Virus record (IMG/VR): IMGVR_UViG_3300039159_000198
Source of the DNA: a virus
Taxonomy: Duplodnaviria; Heunggongvirae; Uroviricota; Caudoviricetes
Length of the DNA stretch: 64,000 bases
Reading direction: 5' to 3' (one strand)
A program made the translations under genes and the position numbers. Under the pieces are notes generated by a model. It had not been told where the DNA came from and searched no databases. It was given only the letters and a program-made list of their open reading frames with translations. Every line of letters begins with the position of its first letter. The first letter of the stretch is position 1. Below, one piece after another: positions 46,601 to 56,859 of this stretch.

Positions 46601-48387
46601 TTGAGAGTTCATCTAATAAAGTTTTATCATCTTTATCAAATGGATTTTGGTCTCAGTCGCAAGATAGTACAAAATATGATAATAGTGAGGATGTTACAGG
46701 GGTTGGTGGTATGTCTTGTAGTGATTATGGTAATAGTGGAAGTTTTAGTTATTCTTATTATGATTATAACTATTATACTAAAACATATACTCAAAATAAT
46801 GTAATGACTATTAATGTTCCTCAAAAGAATGTTTTAAGGACTGATAGATTACCTAGTTCTGATTTTTTAGATGGTAGTTCTTGGAATAATAACCCATCAT
46901 TATTACAACAAAATAATAATTTTCAAATTTATGTTATAAATGCAGAATCAAGTTCTGTTAAATCACAAAGTGTTACAACAGGTGCAGACCAAGTAACAGC
47001 TGATTTAACTGGTCTACCAAATGACAGTACTGTTTTAAGAAGTTTTGGATGTGAAAATATGGTTAGTTTGAAATGCTATGAAGGGTTTGGTGAAAATTTC
47101 CAAGTCAATGAAAATTGCGAGAATACTGATGCTGTTGAAGTTGGTTGTTATATGTTTATGAGAAGACCTCTACTTGATTTACTTAAAGATATTGGGAGTT
47201 TTGCTGAATGGGGGTTTAGATTTAGATTTTTTTATGGTATGTGTCGAGGCGTTTTATCTCAATCGTTTATGAATAGTTGGGTTAATGGTTCATTATTTGC
47301 GTTTCCAATACAGGTTGACACTTATTATGATAAACAAAATAAACCATTACCTCCAAAATTTTGTAAAGATTTAGCGTATTTTGATGTTATAACTAATAAT
47401 TTTTATTATAGAAGTAGTCCGTATAATTATATTAGTAATCGGTTTGTTGGTAATAGGACTAATAACGATTTTGCGGTTAATGATATTAACTTAATGTTCC
47501 CGACGACGATAATTAATTTAGGGATAAAAGATTCTTTTTATTCTGAGATTACTTTTGACCCGTCAACCAAAGGGTATATTTTACCAAATATTGATTCGAC
47601 AAGTTACGGGGACACATCAGATTTGGTTAACTTATTTGTTATATCAAGAATTACGGATGAGGGGTTTTTGTCACAAATTATTCCATTGGGGGATAATTCA
47701 TTACAACAATTATTTTCTCGTAATGAAACTAATGATATTTTTGGTAGAAGACGTAGAATTGATGGTGATTTAGCTCAGTTAATGTCAATTAATAGTGAGA
47801 TTGGTAACATTAATTTTTCACCTGAGTTTTACGAAACTACCGGAGGTCCCCCTACAACAATTTTAGGTAGTTCTAAAAATCCTACAATGGCTGTATGGTT
47901 TTCATCGACAACAGAAAATTTACAAACTAAAGATTATTTAACTCCTGGAAGAATTAATTTTAGAGGTAATAATAATGTTGGGTTTTACCCATACCCTTAT
48001 GGGATTAAGTCCCAAGTAGTTCCATTTTATCAATGGAAGTTAGACATACCAACAAATAATTCATCGGGAAATCTTTTTGGAGGTCAATATAATAATTGGG
48101 CAACAACTCCGGCTGACATTATTCAAAATACTCCTTTTCAGGGATTAGATAGGGCTAGTTTAACAAGTAAATATTTTTTAGCGTCTAATGTTGATGTTAT
48201 GACTGAGGATTTAATCGCCCGTGGATATATTTTTGGTGTTGATGATGTTGGTAATTACTCTAGTTCAGTATCATTAATTAAAAACTCAAAATTTTTAGTA
48301 GGGGCACCATATCAATTTTATTTTGGGGTAGTTAAAGGAGAAAGTGCTTTAGATAAATTTAAAACAAAGTATTCGACGGATGAATAA
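43645..48387 (+). CDS. Large structural (baseplate/tail) protein with an internal hydrophobic segment
   Basis: GVVVGRVIANGGFGVPNARVSVF and TNESGDYMIMGVP (transthyretin-like), hydrophobic stretch, YPECQACDC; located in the baseplate cluster. Confidence 0.55.
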   Translation: MGQSYRIRTELGVNKTINVQLDQDFEFLEILSLKIQQSEVYTRSCSEYGVVVGRVIANGGFGVPNARVSVFIPISQVDESNPIISSIYPYKSPNDKNSDGYRYNLLPYEKSYSVHAATGTLPTRFDVLTDSTVVELYDKYYKYTTKTNESGDYMIMGVPLGAQLLVMDVDLSDIGEFSLTPQDLIRMGLATEGQVAGNRFKTSTDLSSLPQIVTLQKALSVVPLWGDPDVCQIAVNRVDFDLRNDANINIRPTSVFMGSMFSSADTFRVRKNCKPKDDLGNLCDLTTGPGQILGIRQTINYDKDGNPILEQHQFEQSGNIIDGNGVWMTELPMNLDYYITNEFGEKIISNNPDIGIPTKGKYRFKFKWQQPNDLTLQTRRPYYLVPNVKEYGWTNADDDPYTQGTTSDREKLASSYYFGLDWSGYTNGFTLQEKNERIDEVINCEDTFYEFQFNRVYTVSSLIDQYKKGNKGQFIGIKEIDNNDCDSIINKFPVNDGFRNFDLFFFIFSILFTIIQPAFIGILTAMHIVLFLYNLMIGALCAICGVRIPIIKVYPFRWICNKLKVKCDTRNYTFRIPMITYPECQACDCQQETSVKGDNTYNDGNPNGLGILTNLSLQESYTTILESVLFSGDTENMGLLANVTSQVLGGFSNSAFVADTQRYKLPISNVYNIGGVNKISSSKSLPIGERINLFNQRSNYFSGVNRIKVSFSKNENIGKYHYDNTITVLSQGEFQTGDLLSFINFTKSEDKNYTYTASTVSGITTGISGSSYNGSGQTMVNITYANPTNDSQTTELITNYSLPYGSIGTNYKFPSDIEYYQVVTAITVSQASLMWNSGTTQSFPNVLNSPTIINTYRELIGIGVIDSVTQLTATDYLEDYGAQYILILQRGVDPYSPLYTNEYKLGGLFGTTEDDPNWTVTATTRLNIPIQKLQNTDITIQPYNQNGMFYQSYFFNPGNNYSAFTTTSTTYYSSLDKTSLPLPSRFESSSNKVLSSLSNGFWSQSQDSTKYDNSEDVTGVGGMSCSDYGNSGSFSYSYYDYNYYTKTYTQNNVMTINVPQKNVLRTDRLPSSDFLDGSSWNNNPSLLQQNNNFQIYVINAESSSVKSQSVTTGADQVTADLTGLPNDSTVLRSFGCENMVSLKCYEGFGENFQVNENCENTDAVEVGCYMFMRRPLLDLLKDIGSFAEWGFRFRFFYGMCRGVLSQSFMNSWVNGSLFAFPIQVDTYYDKQNKPLPPKFCKDLAYFDVITNNFYYRSSPYNYISNRFVGNRTNNDFAVNDINLMFPTTIINLGIKDSFYSEITFDPSTKGYILPNIDSTSYGDTSDLVNLFVISRITDEGFLSQIIPLGDNSLQQLFSRNETNDIFGRRRRIDGDLAQLMSINSEIGNINFSPEFYETTGGPPTTILGSSKNPTMAVWFSSTTENLQTKDYLTPGRINFRGNNNVGFYPYPYGIKSQVVPFYQWKLDIPTNNSSGNLFGGQYNNWATTPADIIQNTPFQGLDRASLTSKYFLASNVDVMTEDLIARGYIFGVDDVGNYSSSVSLIKNSKFLVGAPYQFYFGVVKGESALDKFKTKYSTDE

Positions 48388-50080
48388 TTATACAATAATA
48401 CCGAGTAACCTTAAATATAAGGGGGCTCCTTCGGTGGATGAAAAAATTTCAATATCTTTAGACCAAAATAGTCAACAGATTACGGAATATGATAGAAGTA
48501 CGACAATAAGTCTTGCTCAAGTTTATGATGATGAGAGACAAGGGTGTACAATTTTTAGACCAACATTTAAAGTTAAATACTTGTATGATAATACTTACGC
48601 CGGGACTACAACTTATTTACCATTTCAGTATAATCTATATTATGTTAATCCTGAAAACTCGTTTAATAATGGTACTTGGATAGGGTATCCTCAATTTTAC
48701 GAATTTGATTTTTTTAGACCTATTGTTGATAATCAACATTTTCCATATAAGTCTAAAAGTGCTTATACCTATAATTGGATGTACTATTTAACCTACGCAC
48801 ATACCAATAACAACAAGAAAAAATTAACATATATTAATGATTTAGTGACTATTAATTGGTTATCTGAGGAAGGAATTCCTTTTGTTATTGAAAATATTAA
48901 AATAAATGGGAATGGGTTAATTTCGTTTAGGTGTGTTGGGTCTCATGGATTGATACCAAATGAATATGTTGAATTATCTTTAAGTTATAGGGATTCAAAC
49001 ATTTTTCAAGTTTATTCTTTGGGTAATGGGTTATTTGATAGTGACCCCTATGTTTTTAATGTGTTGAATATTGGGTATACAGGGACTACTTTTGGAAATA
49101 ATGTCACAGGAAAATTTAAAAGAGTCATTAATCCCGATAATCTAACAGAAACTAAATCTAAATATTATGTTAGGGAGCATAAGGTTTTAACTAATTTAGA
49201 TGATACTATTATCACAAAAATTGGTTTTGAGAAAAATGTTTTTAATGAAAAAAGAAAATTCGAATATAGTTCAATAACGCCAAACCAACTTTCAAGAATA
49301 TCTCAAAAAACAAGTAGTAATGCCTACAATATGACTTCGGCTTATGATTTAGATTTTGCGGGATATGTTGATAATCAAAAACGTCCATTAAGTGAGATTT
49401 TTTTAACAATAGTTAATAAAGGTTATTCGGGATATTTTAATGAACCTGCTTATGTTGGAGGTGTTGGGTTAAAACAGGGTTGGGGTTTTAATTTAACCAA
49501 GACTGTTAACCAGTATTGGAACTTAAATAATATTAATTCTGATACGAATATACCATTATCGTCTTATACTCAAACTAGTGGTGTTACAAAAACTTTTTAT
49601 TATAATCAAAATTTGGTTAAAGGTGATGTTATGGATGGGGATTTTTGTGAATGGAATGATTATGAGCAAATCGAGAGGATTATTTCACCTTATTATCATA
49701 AAATTAATTATAATCAAAAAGTTTTTCAGACATCTAATGATGTTAACAATAATACTATGGGTTTTTATTATCAACCTCATAATAAAATGACTTTAAGAGT
49801 GTTTTCCGATTATGTTGAGACTGGCGATGTTGGTAAAATTGAGGATATTCCAAGTTATTCTTTTTACTCAAGTGCTGACCAACAATTTAGATGGAGAGAT
49901 TTGTATACCTACGGTTTTATTGATAATTTAGGTAGAGGTGTTGATTACCCTTATTTGAATAGTTCTCAATATCCATTTGCCGATATAACATTTCGATTAA
50001 TACCGGAAGGAATAAACTACAACGAAAGCTTATATGGAGTTGATGTTGCAATAAAACCATTATTTGATGGATGTGAATAA
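48380..50080 (+). CDS. Putative baseplate/structural protein
   Basis: Long overlapping ORF in the structural operon, aromatic/Asn-rich. Confidence 0.55.
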   Translation: MNNYTIIPSNLKYKGAPSVDEKISISLDQNSQQITEYDRSTTISLAQVYDDERQGCTIFRPTFKVKYLYDNTYAGTTTYLPFQYNLYYVNPENSFNNGTWIGYPQFYEFDFFRPIVDNQHFPYKSKSAYTYNWMYYLTYAHTNNNKKKLTYINDLVTINWLSEEGIPFVIENIKINGNGLISFRCVGSHGLIPNEYVELSLSYRDSNIFQVYSLGNGLFDSDPYVFNVLNIGYTGTTFGNNVTGKFKRVINPDNLTETKSKYYVREHKVLTNLDDTIITKIGFEKNVFNEKRKFEYSSITPNQLSRISQKTSSNAYNMTSAYDLDFAGYVDNQKRPLSEIFLTIVNKGYSGYFNEPAYVGGVGLKQGWGFNLTKTVNQYWNLNNINSDTNIPLSSYTQTSGVTKTFYYNQNLVKGDVMDGDFCEWNDYEQIERIISPYYHKINYNQKVFQTSNDVNNNTMGFYYQPHNKMTLRVFSDYVETGDVGKIEDIPSYSFYSSADQQFRWRDLYTYGFIDNLGRGVDYPYLNSSQYPFADITFRLIPEGINYNESLYGVDVAIKPLFDGCE

Positions 50081-50900
50081 AGTAACAATAGTACCTAATG
50101 GTATTGATAAACAAATCAATATTCCCATAAAATTAACTTGGGACTATCTAGGTTTGGATATGGCAATTGAGGAATATGAGACTCAGGTAATTACCGAAGT
50201 TATTGGGGTTGGTCGTGATTTTGAGATTAATAGATTCGCTCACGCACCAGATAAAACCACAAATAATACTGAAATTAATTATGAATTTTATTTTTATTCG
50301 GGGGGTTCAATTGGTGATATTAATAATTGGAAGATAAATTATTTAGGAGAGGGATTCACGCCTAAAGATTTATACTATTATACAAATAATTTTGCCAACT
50401 CATTTTTTAAATTAGATTTTTATGATAATACTGATGATAAAAAACAGACAAATTATTTAACCATTATTATACCAACACAACAAGGTTTAAAGATGTCCAC
50501 TCAATTACAAAGAGTAATTGTTGATGTGAAAAAACCAAAGTTTGTTTTGGATTATGTTGGAGATAAAGAAGGGTTTTTTGTTTATTGGTTAAAAAAGAGA
50601 GAATTTTTAGATATTGACACATTTTATATGTCGGCGAAGTTTTATAACGCGGGTACCGGACAATTTACTAAAATGATGACAGGTAAAGGTACAGATATAT
50701 TAGACAATACTGAGGGACCGCAAGCTAATTTTGCGGTTGGGTCTGATAGATATTTATTTGATAATAATACTTACTTTTATTATACAGTAAATTTGGATTA
50801 TGTAAATCAAACGTACCAAGTGATAAATTCTAATGGACAAAGATTGGGGACAACTATTCCCATAAAATGGTTTGAATACCTTAATCCACCTACAGTATAA
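50073..50900 (+). CDS. Putative baseplate/structural protein (start uncertain, 50064-50073)
   Basis: ORF overlapping the upstream stop; SFFKLDFYD and FYMSAKFYNA motifs. Confidence 0.55.
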   Translation: MNKVTIVPNGIDKQINIPIKLTWDYLGLDMAIEEYETQVITEVIGVGRDFEINRFAHAPDKTTNNTEINYEFYFYSGGSIGDINNWKINYLGEGFTPKDLYYYTNNFANSFFKLDFYDNTDDKKQTNYLTIIIPTQQGLKMSTQLQRVIVDVKKPKFVLDYVGDKEGFFVYWLKKREFLDIDTFYMSAKFYNAGTGQFTKMMTGKGTDILDNTEGPQANFAVGSDRYLFDNNTYFYYTVNLDYVNQTYQVINSNGQRLGTTIPIKWFEYLNPPTV

Positions 50901-51994
50901 TGGAAGATTTTTACAATATTAAAATTTCACCTGAGACAATTCTTGGTGACTTATCGGTAGTAAATTATAGTGGAACTCCTGTTGGGGTTTATTCCGCTAT
51001 GACTCAAGTTGTTAGTTCAGGTGTAAATGGAAGTTCTATTTTAACAGGGTTGACCATACCAATATTAATAAGACAAAGTGCGGTTGATGCCGGGTATTAT
51101 AGTCCTTTTGATGGGGCAATTCTACAAAAAAATGTGGTTGCAAACTTTATATTCTCATCTACCACAACAAGTCCGTATGTTTATAATGTGTATAACACGT
51201 CAGACGAATTTCAAAAATTTTTAGATTTATCATCGTATAGTATTGATTGGGGTGATGGTACACCAAAACAAATAATTACAAATTACGCACCCAACTCAAT
51301 TAATCACACGTATCCACAACTTAATAAGAAATATAATATTAAGATGGAACAAAAAAATCCGTGGGGAATAACTTCGGTATTAAAAACGATTACCGTGCCA
51401 TTTAGTGATGTGGTGATTTATAATCCTCAGGGGGAATCGTTTTTTGCCCCATCATCCGGTAATTGGTCCGGTACTTCGGTATCTTATGATTATATCTTTT
51501 CGGGAGATGCGGTTAATGAGGTTGCACCCCAAACATCGAATAATTATGTTTCAATACCATTTACAATATCGGGGATTACTTATTCAAGGATTAATGAATT
51601 AAAGATGTACGGTAATCCAACTATCGACCAAAGGATTGGGGTTCCGGTTATTAGTAATGGTCAAATATGGGGAATGATAAGTGATGCAACACCAATTTAT
51701 ACTGCCTATACAATTACTGGAATTTATTATTATGATTATAGTGATGGTACAACAATTTATTTTGAACCATCATCAGGATTTACTGAAAATAATTTAACTG
51801 CCGTTCCAATAACAAAAGATGAGGTTTTACTCAAAGTTATTGACCAGGCTCAAGTACAGACAAATGTATTTGTCGAAAGAGGGAAGAACTCGGGTCTTGA
51901 GAGAATACAAAGATTAGGTGAAATCGATAACCTTGGAGATTTATTAAATTATGGATATGGTTTCTTTAATGTTATTAATAAAGAAAACCAATAG
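50900..51994 (+). CDS. Putative structural protein with PKD-like domain
   Basis: IDWGDGT...NHTY PKD signature; C-terminal VFVERG...RLGEIDN. Confidence 0.6.
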   Translation: MEDFYNIKISPETILGDLSVVNYSGTPVGVYSAMTQVVSSGVNGSSILTGLTIPILIRQSAVDAGYYSPFDGAILQKNVVANFIFSSTTTSPYVYNVYNTSDEFQKFLDLSSYSIDWGDGTPKQIITNYAPNSINHTYPQLNKKYNIKMEQKNPWGITSVLKTITVPFSDVVIYNPQGESFFAPSSGNWSGTSVSYDYIFSGDAVNEVAPQTSNNYVSIPFTISGITYSRINELKMYGNPTIDQRIGVPVISNGQIWGMISDATPIYTAYTITGIYYYDYSDGTTIYFEPSSGFTENNLTAVPITKDEVLLKVIDQAQVQTNVFVERGKNSGLERIQRLGEIDNLGDLLNYGYGFFNVINKENQ

Positions 51995-52021
51995 AAAAAA
52001 ATAAGATAGGTATTTATGAAT

Positions 52022-52960
52022 ATGGAAATGAAGTTTAGTAAGAGATGTCCGAATTGTGAAAATATTCAATCTTATACTACTAAGTATAGGTTTGAACGTT
52101 CAATTAGAGAACAATGGGTTTGTAATGGGTGTTCTTCAGTTCATAAGAAAAAAACTTATGACAATGAAATTATCAAACAAATTATTTTGGAGTATGATAA
52201 TGGGTTGAGTTATAGTAAAATTGTTACGTTAGTTAAAGTGAATAGAGATAATGTTAAAAATGTTTTAATAGAGAATGGTGTTTGGGTTGATGGTAGAGAT
52301 AATATAAAAAAAGAATTTAATGATGACGAGATTAATGATATTATTAACAAATATATTAATGAAAAATTAGGTTGTGACACTATTGGGAAATATTATAATG
52401 TTACTAAAAGGCCTATTAATAGAGTGTTGAAAGAAAAGGGTTTATTAAGAGAAGGTTTAAGTAATGGGGTTAAAATTGATTTAACGGATAAACAAAAAGA
52501 TATTATAAAAAAACTTTATATAGAAGAATATAAAAATCCTACTGAGATTTCAAAAGAGTTGAATTTAACAAAACCATTTATTAACAAATTTTTAAGTAAT
52601 TGTGGGTATAGGAGAAATATAGGTGAAGGTACTTCGATTGGGTTAGTAAAAAGATGGGGAAATAGAAGTTATGATGAATATTTAAAGAATCTATCGGAGT
52701 TTAAAAAATATAAGAAAAAAGTTATGAGTGTTACTAGGAAACAACCAATACATAAGTTATTGAATTATGAAAAAAGGGGTGTATCTGGGTTGGAAGGGAA
52801 TTATCATTTAGACCATAGATTTTCGATACTTGAGGGGTTTATTCAAAACATAAGTCCTGATATGATTGGAGGTATTAAAAATTTGTTATTCATTCCTTGG
52901 GAAGAAAATGTGAAAAAAAGAACTAAATGTTCTATAACAATAAACGAAATAAAAATATAA
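52022..52960 (+). CDS. Free-standing HNH-like homing endonuclease with zinc ribbon and HTH repeats
   Basis: CPNC...CNGC, repeated helix-turn-helix-like units, YHLDHRFSI..GF...NLLFIPWEEN..K; start 52016, 52022 or 52028. Confidence 0.75.
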   Translation: MEMKFSKRCPNCENIQSYTTKYRFERSIREQWVCNGCSSVHKKKTYDNEIIKQIILEYDNGLSYSKIVTLVKVNRDNVKNVLIENGVWVDGRDNIKKEFNDDEINDIINKYINEKLGCDTIGKYYNVTKRPINRVLKEKGLLREGLSNGVKIDLTDKQKDIIKKLYIEEYKNPTEISKELNLTKPFINKFLSNCGYRRNIGEGTSIGLVKRWGNRSYDEYLKNLSEFKKYKKKVMSVTRKQPIHKLLNYEKRGVSGLEGNYHLDHRFSILEGFIQNISPDMIGGIKNLLFIPWEENVKKRTKCSITINEIKI

Positions 52961-52963
52961 AAA

Positions 52964-53872
52964 ATGTCGATTTCGAGCTATGGTACTATACGACCATCAT
53001 CTGTCTCACCAGCAGACGTAGAGATTATACTTAATTTTACACCAAGTAGAGATGTGACAGACCAATTCGTTTTAACGAAGTTGGACGCACAAACAATACT
53101 TAGACCTTACTTTGAAAATTCAGAGACAGGGGGTAATCCTGGAGTTGAGGTTTTAGGTGGGTTATACAATTTAACATTACCTGCTAGTCAGTTTAATGCG
53201 TTAGGGTTTTACACATTATATTTGAGACCAGCCCAAATTAGAACAACTATTACAGATTGTGGAGTTTTAAGTTCGTTACCCAACGTCAAGGGGTTGGTTA
53301 TTGATTTGACTAATGTGCCCGTACAATATCAAAACAAATTTGTTCCTCAGGGACTTGTAGGTTTTAGAATAGAGTATTTAAATCCGGATGGTTCAAAAAT
53401 ACCAAACTTTTTTAGAGTAATTACCTCAAGTTTTTATTGTGAACCTGTTGTATCCAATGAGGTTAATACACAACAAAAGTCGATTAGATACAGGTATGTT
53501 GATGGGGCATCAAATCTTCTTTTCTTAACATTATCGCCATCATCATCGCCAACAAATAAACCAAACGCAACTCCATTTATTGGGCAACCAACTCAGGATA
53601 TAATTATTTCAAATACTTTCTTTAATCCTGTTACAGTTGAGATAGAAATGGTTGAATACGATGTGTCATCTCTTGCTATAGCTCTCTTTGGTAATCAGAC
53701 CAAATCTATTGATGACGGTATTTACACCATTTACGATTCAAATAACAACATTTATCGACAGTATAACTTATACGAAATTAGAGACCAATTTAATGCGTTG
53801 TTATATGAGGTTAGACAGAATAGAAATAATAATATTGATTTTAGTAAAAACTTCACAAATATAACAACTTAA
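52964..53872 (+). CDS. Putative structural protein
   Basis: Intact ORF within the structural operon (GLYNLTLP...GFYTLYLRP). Confidence 0.6.
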   Translation: MSISSYGTIRPSSVSPADVEIILNFTPSRDVTDQFVLTKLDAQTILRPYFENSETGGNPGVEVLGGLYNLTLPASQFNALGFYTLYLRPAQIRTTITDCGVLSSLPNVKGLVIDLTNVPVQYQNKFVPQGLVGFRIEYLNPDGSKIPNFFRVITSSFYCEPVVSNEVNTQQKSIRYRYVDGASNLLFLTLSPSSSPTNKPNATPFIGQPTQDIIISNTFFNPVTVEIEMVEYDVSSLAIALFGNQTKSIDDGIYTIYDSNNNIYRQYNLYEIRDQFNALLYEVRQNRNNNIDFSKNFTNITT

Positions 53873-56859
53873 TGGCTGTAGATATAACAACGACAAAATA
53901 CTTTTATCCTCAAAGACCCGGAAACGGGGGTGGGACTTTCTCCGACAACATTGTAGGTTTACAAACGGTTGAAGGTGGAGGTTTAACGCAAGGTAATTTT
54001 GAATTTACTACTTCCGTTACAGAAAAAGTTAACAGAACATTTAATGTTGGTGCATTTTCGGAACCTTTAAGTTTACAATCGTTAAATATTGAGGATGTTA
54101 CTGAGAGTAGAAGAATTATGGCGACCCAATTTCGGGTTTATCCTAATTATGATGTTTCACAAGTTCTTAACTTTTCAATGTATGGGTCGTTAAGTAAAAG
54201 GTTTCAAGTATCTGCAACAAAAATTATTAATTATTTTCCGGCTTCTTTAGATATTTTATTTAACAATTTAACTTTTGTAACGGGTTCAACGGCTATTAAT
54301 ATTTCATATGATTCAGTAAATGATGAAACTTATTTTGAGGTTAATGTTGATAGAATTAACAATCCGTTTGATATTGATTATTCGGTTAGTGCTTCAAATA
54401 ATTTAAATTTAAGAGAAATTACAACATCACCATATAGAAATTTGTACAATACTTATTTGGATTATTGTGTTAGCATAAATGACGATATTTTTAAAATTGT
54501 TTCATTTCAACCATCACAAACATTAAGTAGTGGGTATATTTCATTTTATGTTTCGGGGGCGCCATTTGGTACTACCGCCACGACAATAAATGATGACTAT
54601 CAGATTAGACCAAATGATTTGGTTGCTGACAGGATTTTTTCTGAGAGTTTTGATGAGGTTGAAAAATTCTTATTGAATCGTTTAATTAGACCGGAATATA
54701 CTGCGGTTTTTCAAGTTCCTGTTCAAAATGAGACGGGGGAATTTTATACTAATTACCAACAAGTTACATGGCCTAAAGATGGGGTGTGGAATCTTGATAT
54801 TCGTTCATTCTTATTTGATAATTATTTAAGTCAACTTGATGATATAGCAATTAATTTAGATTCATTCAAAACAAATTTAATCTCAAGGTTTTTGGTTACA
54901 GACTCATTAAAAGAGTTTGATACTATGGGACAAAAGGTTGAAAAAATATTTCAAATTTACGGAAGAAGTTTTGACCAAATAAAACAATTTATTGATGCTT
55001 TGGCGTATATGAATTCGGTTAATTATAACCCTTCAAATGATATACCGTCACAACTACTTGTAAATTTATCCCAAACTTTGGGGTGGACTTCAAACTTCTC
55101 ACCAATTACTGATGATGATTTTTTAAGTTCTATATTTGGAAATACTGCCACACCAACATATCCGGGATATGCTAGAGCCCTTACACCGACAGAATTGAAC
55201 TATTCGTTTTATCGTAATTTAATTCTTAATTCTGCTTACCTATTTAAATCAAAAGGTACGAGAAGGTCTATTGAGTTTATGTTAAGATTAATTGGAGCAC
55301 CGGATTCATTAATTGAATTTAATGAACATATCTATTTAGCTGACCAAAAAATTAATTTAGACCAATTCTACGTTCAATGGGCGTCAATTTCGGGGGGAAC
55401 TTATGTTAATAAAGTACCTGTATATTTACCGGGAGACACTTATAAAATCAGGGGAATTGTTTATTCAGGTTATACTTCAAGTGCTACCTATGATGATGTT
55501 TCTGTTCGTTTGTCTGACTACCCTATTGATGTCTTAGGATATCCAAAAGCTCCGGTAAACACTGAAAATTATTATTTCCAAATTGGTTCCGGATGGTATG
55601 AATCAACACCACAACATAGAAGTCCTGATGAGGTTGTTATTACAGGGGCAATTTATACAGGGCAAAGCTATAATATTCAAACTCAATTACAACCGTTCAC
55701 TTATGGACAACCATATTTGGACCGATTTAGGACTTTCCCTTATATGACACAAGGATTTAAATTAGAAAAAGTAATTGATAATAATAAATCGTGGTTACAA
55801 GAGGATAATAAAATAAGGGTATCAACCAATGGTGATTATAATGCATACTATTTTGTTGATGACGAAAAGTTAGTATTAAATGTTAAAAATGTTGATTTAT
55901 TTTTAAATCCTGCTCAAGGTTTATTATATGATGTTTGGAGAGAATCCGTGGAATATGATTATCCATTTCCTGAATCGGGCTTAACTGTTGGTTATCCGGT
56001 TCCGGGTGGTGTGGATTGGACGTATATTAATCCAGAACCTAAGAAAAAAACATTCTTTGAATTCTCACAAACATTTTGGGAGAATATGATTAATGTTAGA
56101 AACAGACAATACATTACCGATGGTAAGACTGGTGGATATCCGGTATTACAATCTATATGGTGGAAATACATTGAATCACAACAAACTGTTGGATTACCTA
56201 ACAATCAGTATACCTATCAAAAATTAATTGATTATGTGAATGGTATTGGTCCTTATTGGATGAAGTTGGCGGAACAAATGATTCCTGCCACCACAATTTG
56301 GAATTCGGGGGTTAAGATGGAGAACTCAATCTTACATAAACAAAAATTTGTTTATAGGAGACAACGAGGGTGTCAGTTTATTCCGGTTCCGATTGACCCA
56401 TGTTTTATTATTTCAAATATATTTGATTACAACTGTACAACAGAATATACAGATTATAATATCTATCCTTGGTTAAATGGTGACCCTAATGTTGGTAATT
56501 TTAATAGTGTATTAGCAAACAGGGTTGATAATATGATATCACAGAGTGGATATACCCTGAATGATTGTGTTCAAAATTCAGTTCAAACGGAATGGTATGT
56601 TGATTTAAGAGTTGGTGGGGAATTATTAATTAAAGAACCATTCTATGTTGGATATGGATATACGGATGTCCCAACAAATACAATGTGGAGAAACGCTTTA
56701 ATTGAAAACTTATCATTATTATATGATTATGGGTTTACATACTTCTTAAATGGAAATATTTTAACAGTTACGAATTTAACTTGTACTCAACAAAATATTA
56801 ATGAGATAGTTACACTAAATGTGGGGATACAAATAAACATAAATTGTAATAGTAAATAA
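53872..56859 (+). CDS. Putative baseplate wedge (gp7/tail I-like) protein
   Basis: YGRSFDQIK..ID, LL..LSQTLGW, YLFKSKGTRRSIEFMLRLIG motif. Confidence 0.6.
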   Translation: MAVDITTTKYFYPQRPGNGGGTFSDNIVGLQTVEGGGLTQGNFEFTTSVTEKVNRTFNVGAFSEPLSLQSLNIEDVTESRRIMATQFRVYPNYDVSQVLNFSMYGSLSKRFQVSATKIINYFPASLDILFNNLTFVTGSTAINISYDSVNDETYFEVNVDRINNPFDIDYSVSASNNLNLREITTSPYRNLYNTYLDYCVSINDDIFKIVSFQPSQTLSSGYISFYVSGAPFGTTATTINDDYQIRPNDLVADRIFSESFDEVEKFLLNRLIRPEYTAVFQVPVQNETGEFYTNYQQVTWPKDGVWNLDIRSFLFDNYLSQLDDIAINLDSFKTNLISRFLVTDSLKEFDTMGQKVEKIFQIYGRSFDQIKQFIDALAYMNSVNYNPSNDIPSQLLVNLSQTLGWTSNFSPITDDDFLSSIFGNTATPTYPGYARALTPTELNYSFYRNLILNSAYLFKSKGTRRSIEFMLRLIGAPDSLIEFNEHIYLADQKINLDQFYVQWASISGGTYVNKVPVYLPGDTYKIRGIVYSGYTSSATYDDVSVRLSDYPIDVLGYPKAPVNTENYYFQIGSGWYESTPQHRSPDEVVITGAIYTGQSYNIQTQLQPFTYGQPYLDRFRTFPYMTQGFKLEKVIDNNKSWLQEDNKIRVSTNGDYNAYYFVDDEKLVLNVKNVDLFLNPAQGLLYDVWRESVEYDYPFPESGLTVGYPVPGGVDWTYINPEPKKKTFFEFSQTFWENMINVRNRQYITDGKTGGYPVLQSIWWKYIESQQTVGLPNNQYTYQKLIDYVNGIGPYWMKLAEQMIPATTIWNSGVKMENSILHKQKFVYRRQRGCQFIPVPIDPCFIISNIFDYNCTTEYTDYNIYPWLNGDPNVGNFNSVLANRVDNMISQSGYTLNDCVQNSVQTEWYVDLRVGGELLIKEPFYVGYGYTDVPTNTMWRNALIENLSLLYDYGFTYFLNGNILTVTNLTCTQQNINEIVTLNVGIQININCNSK

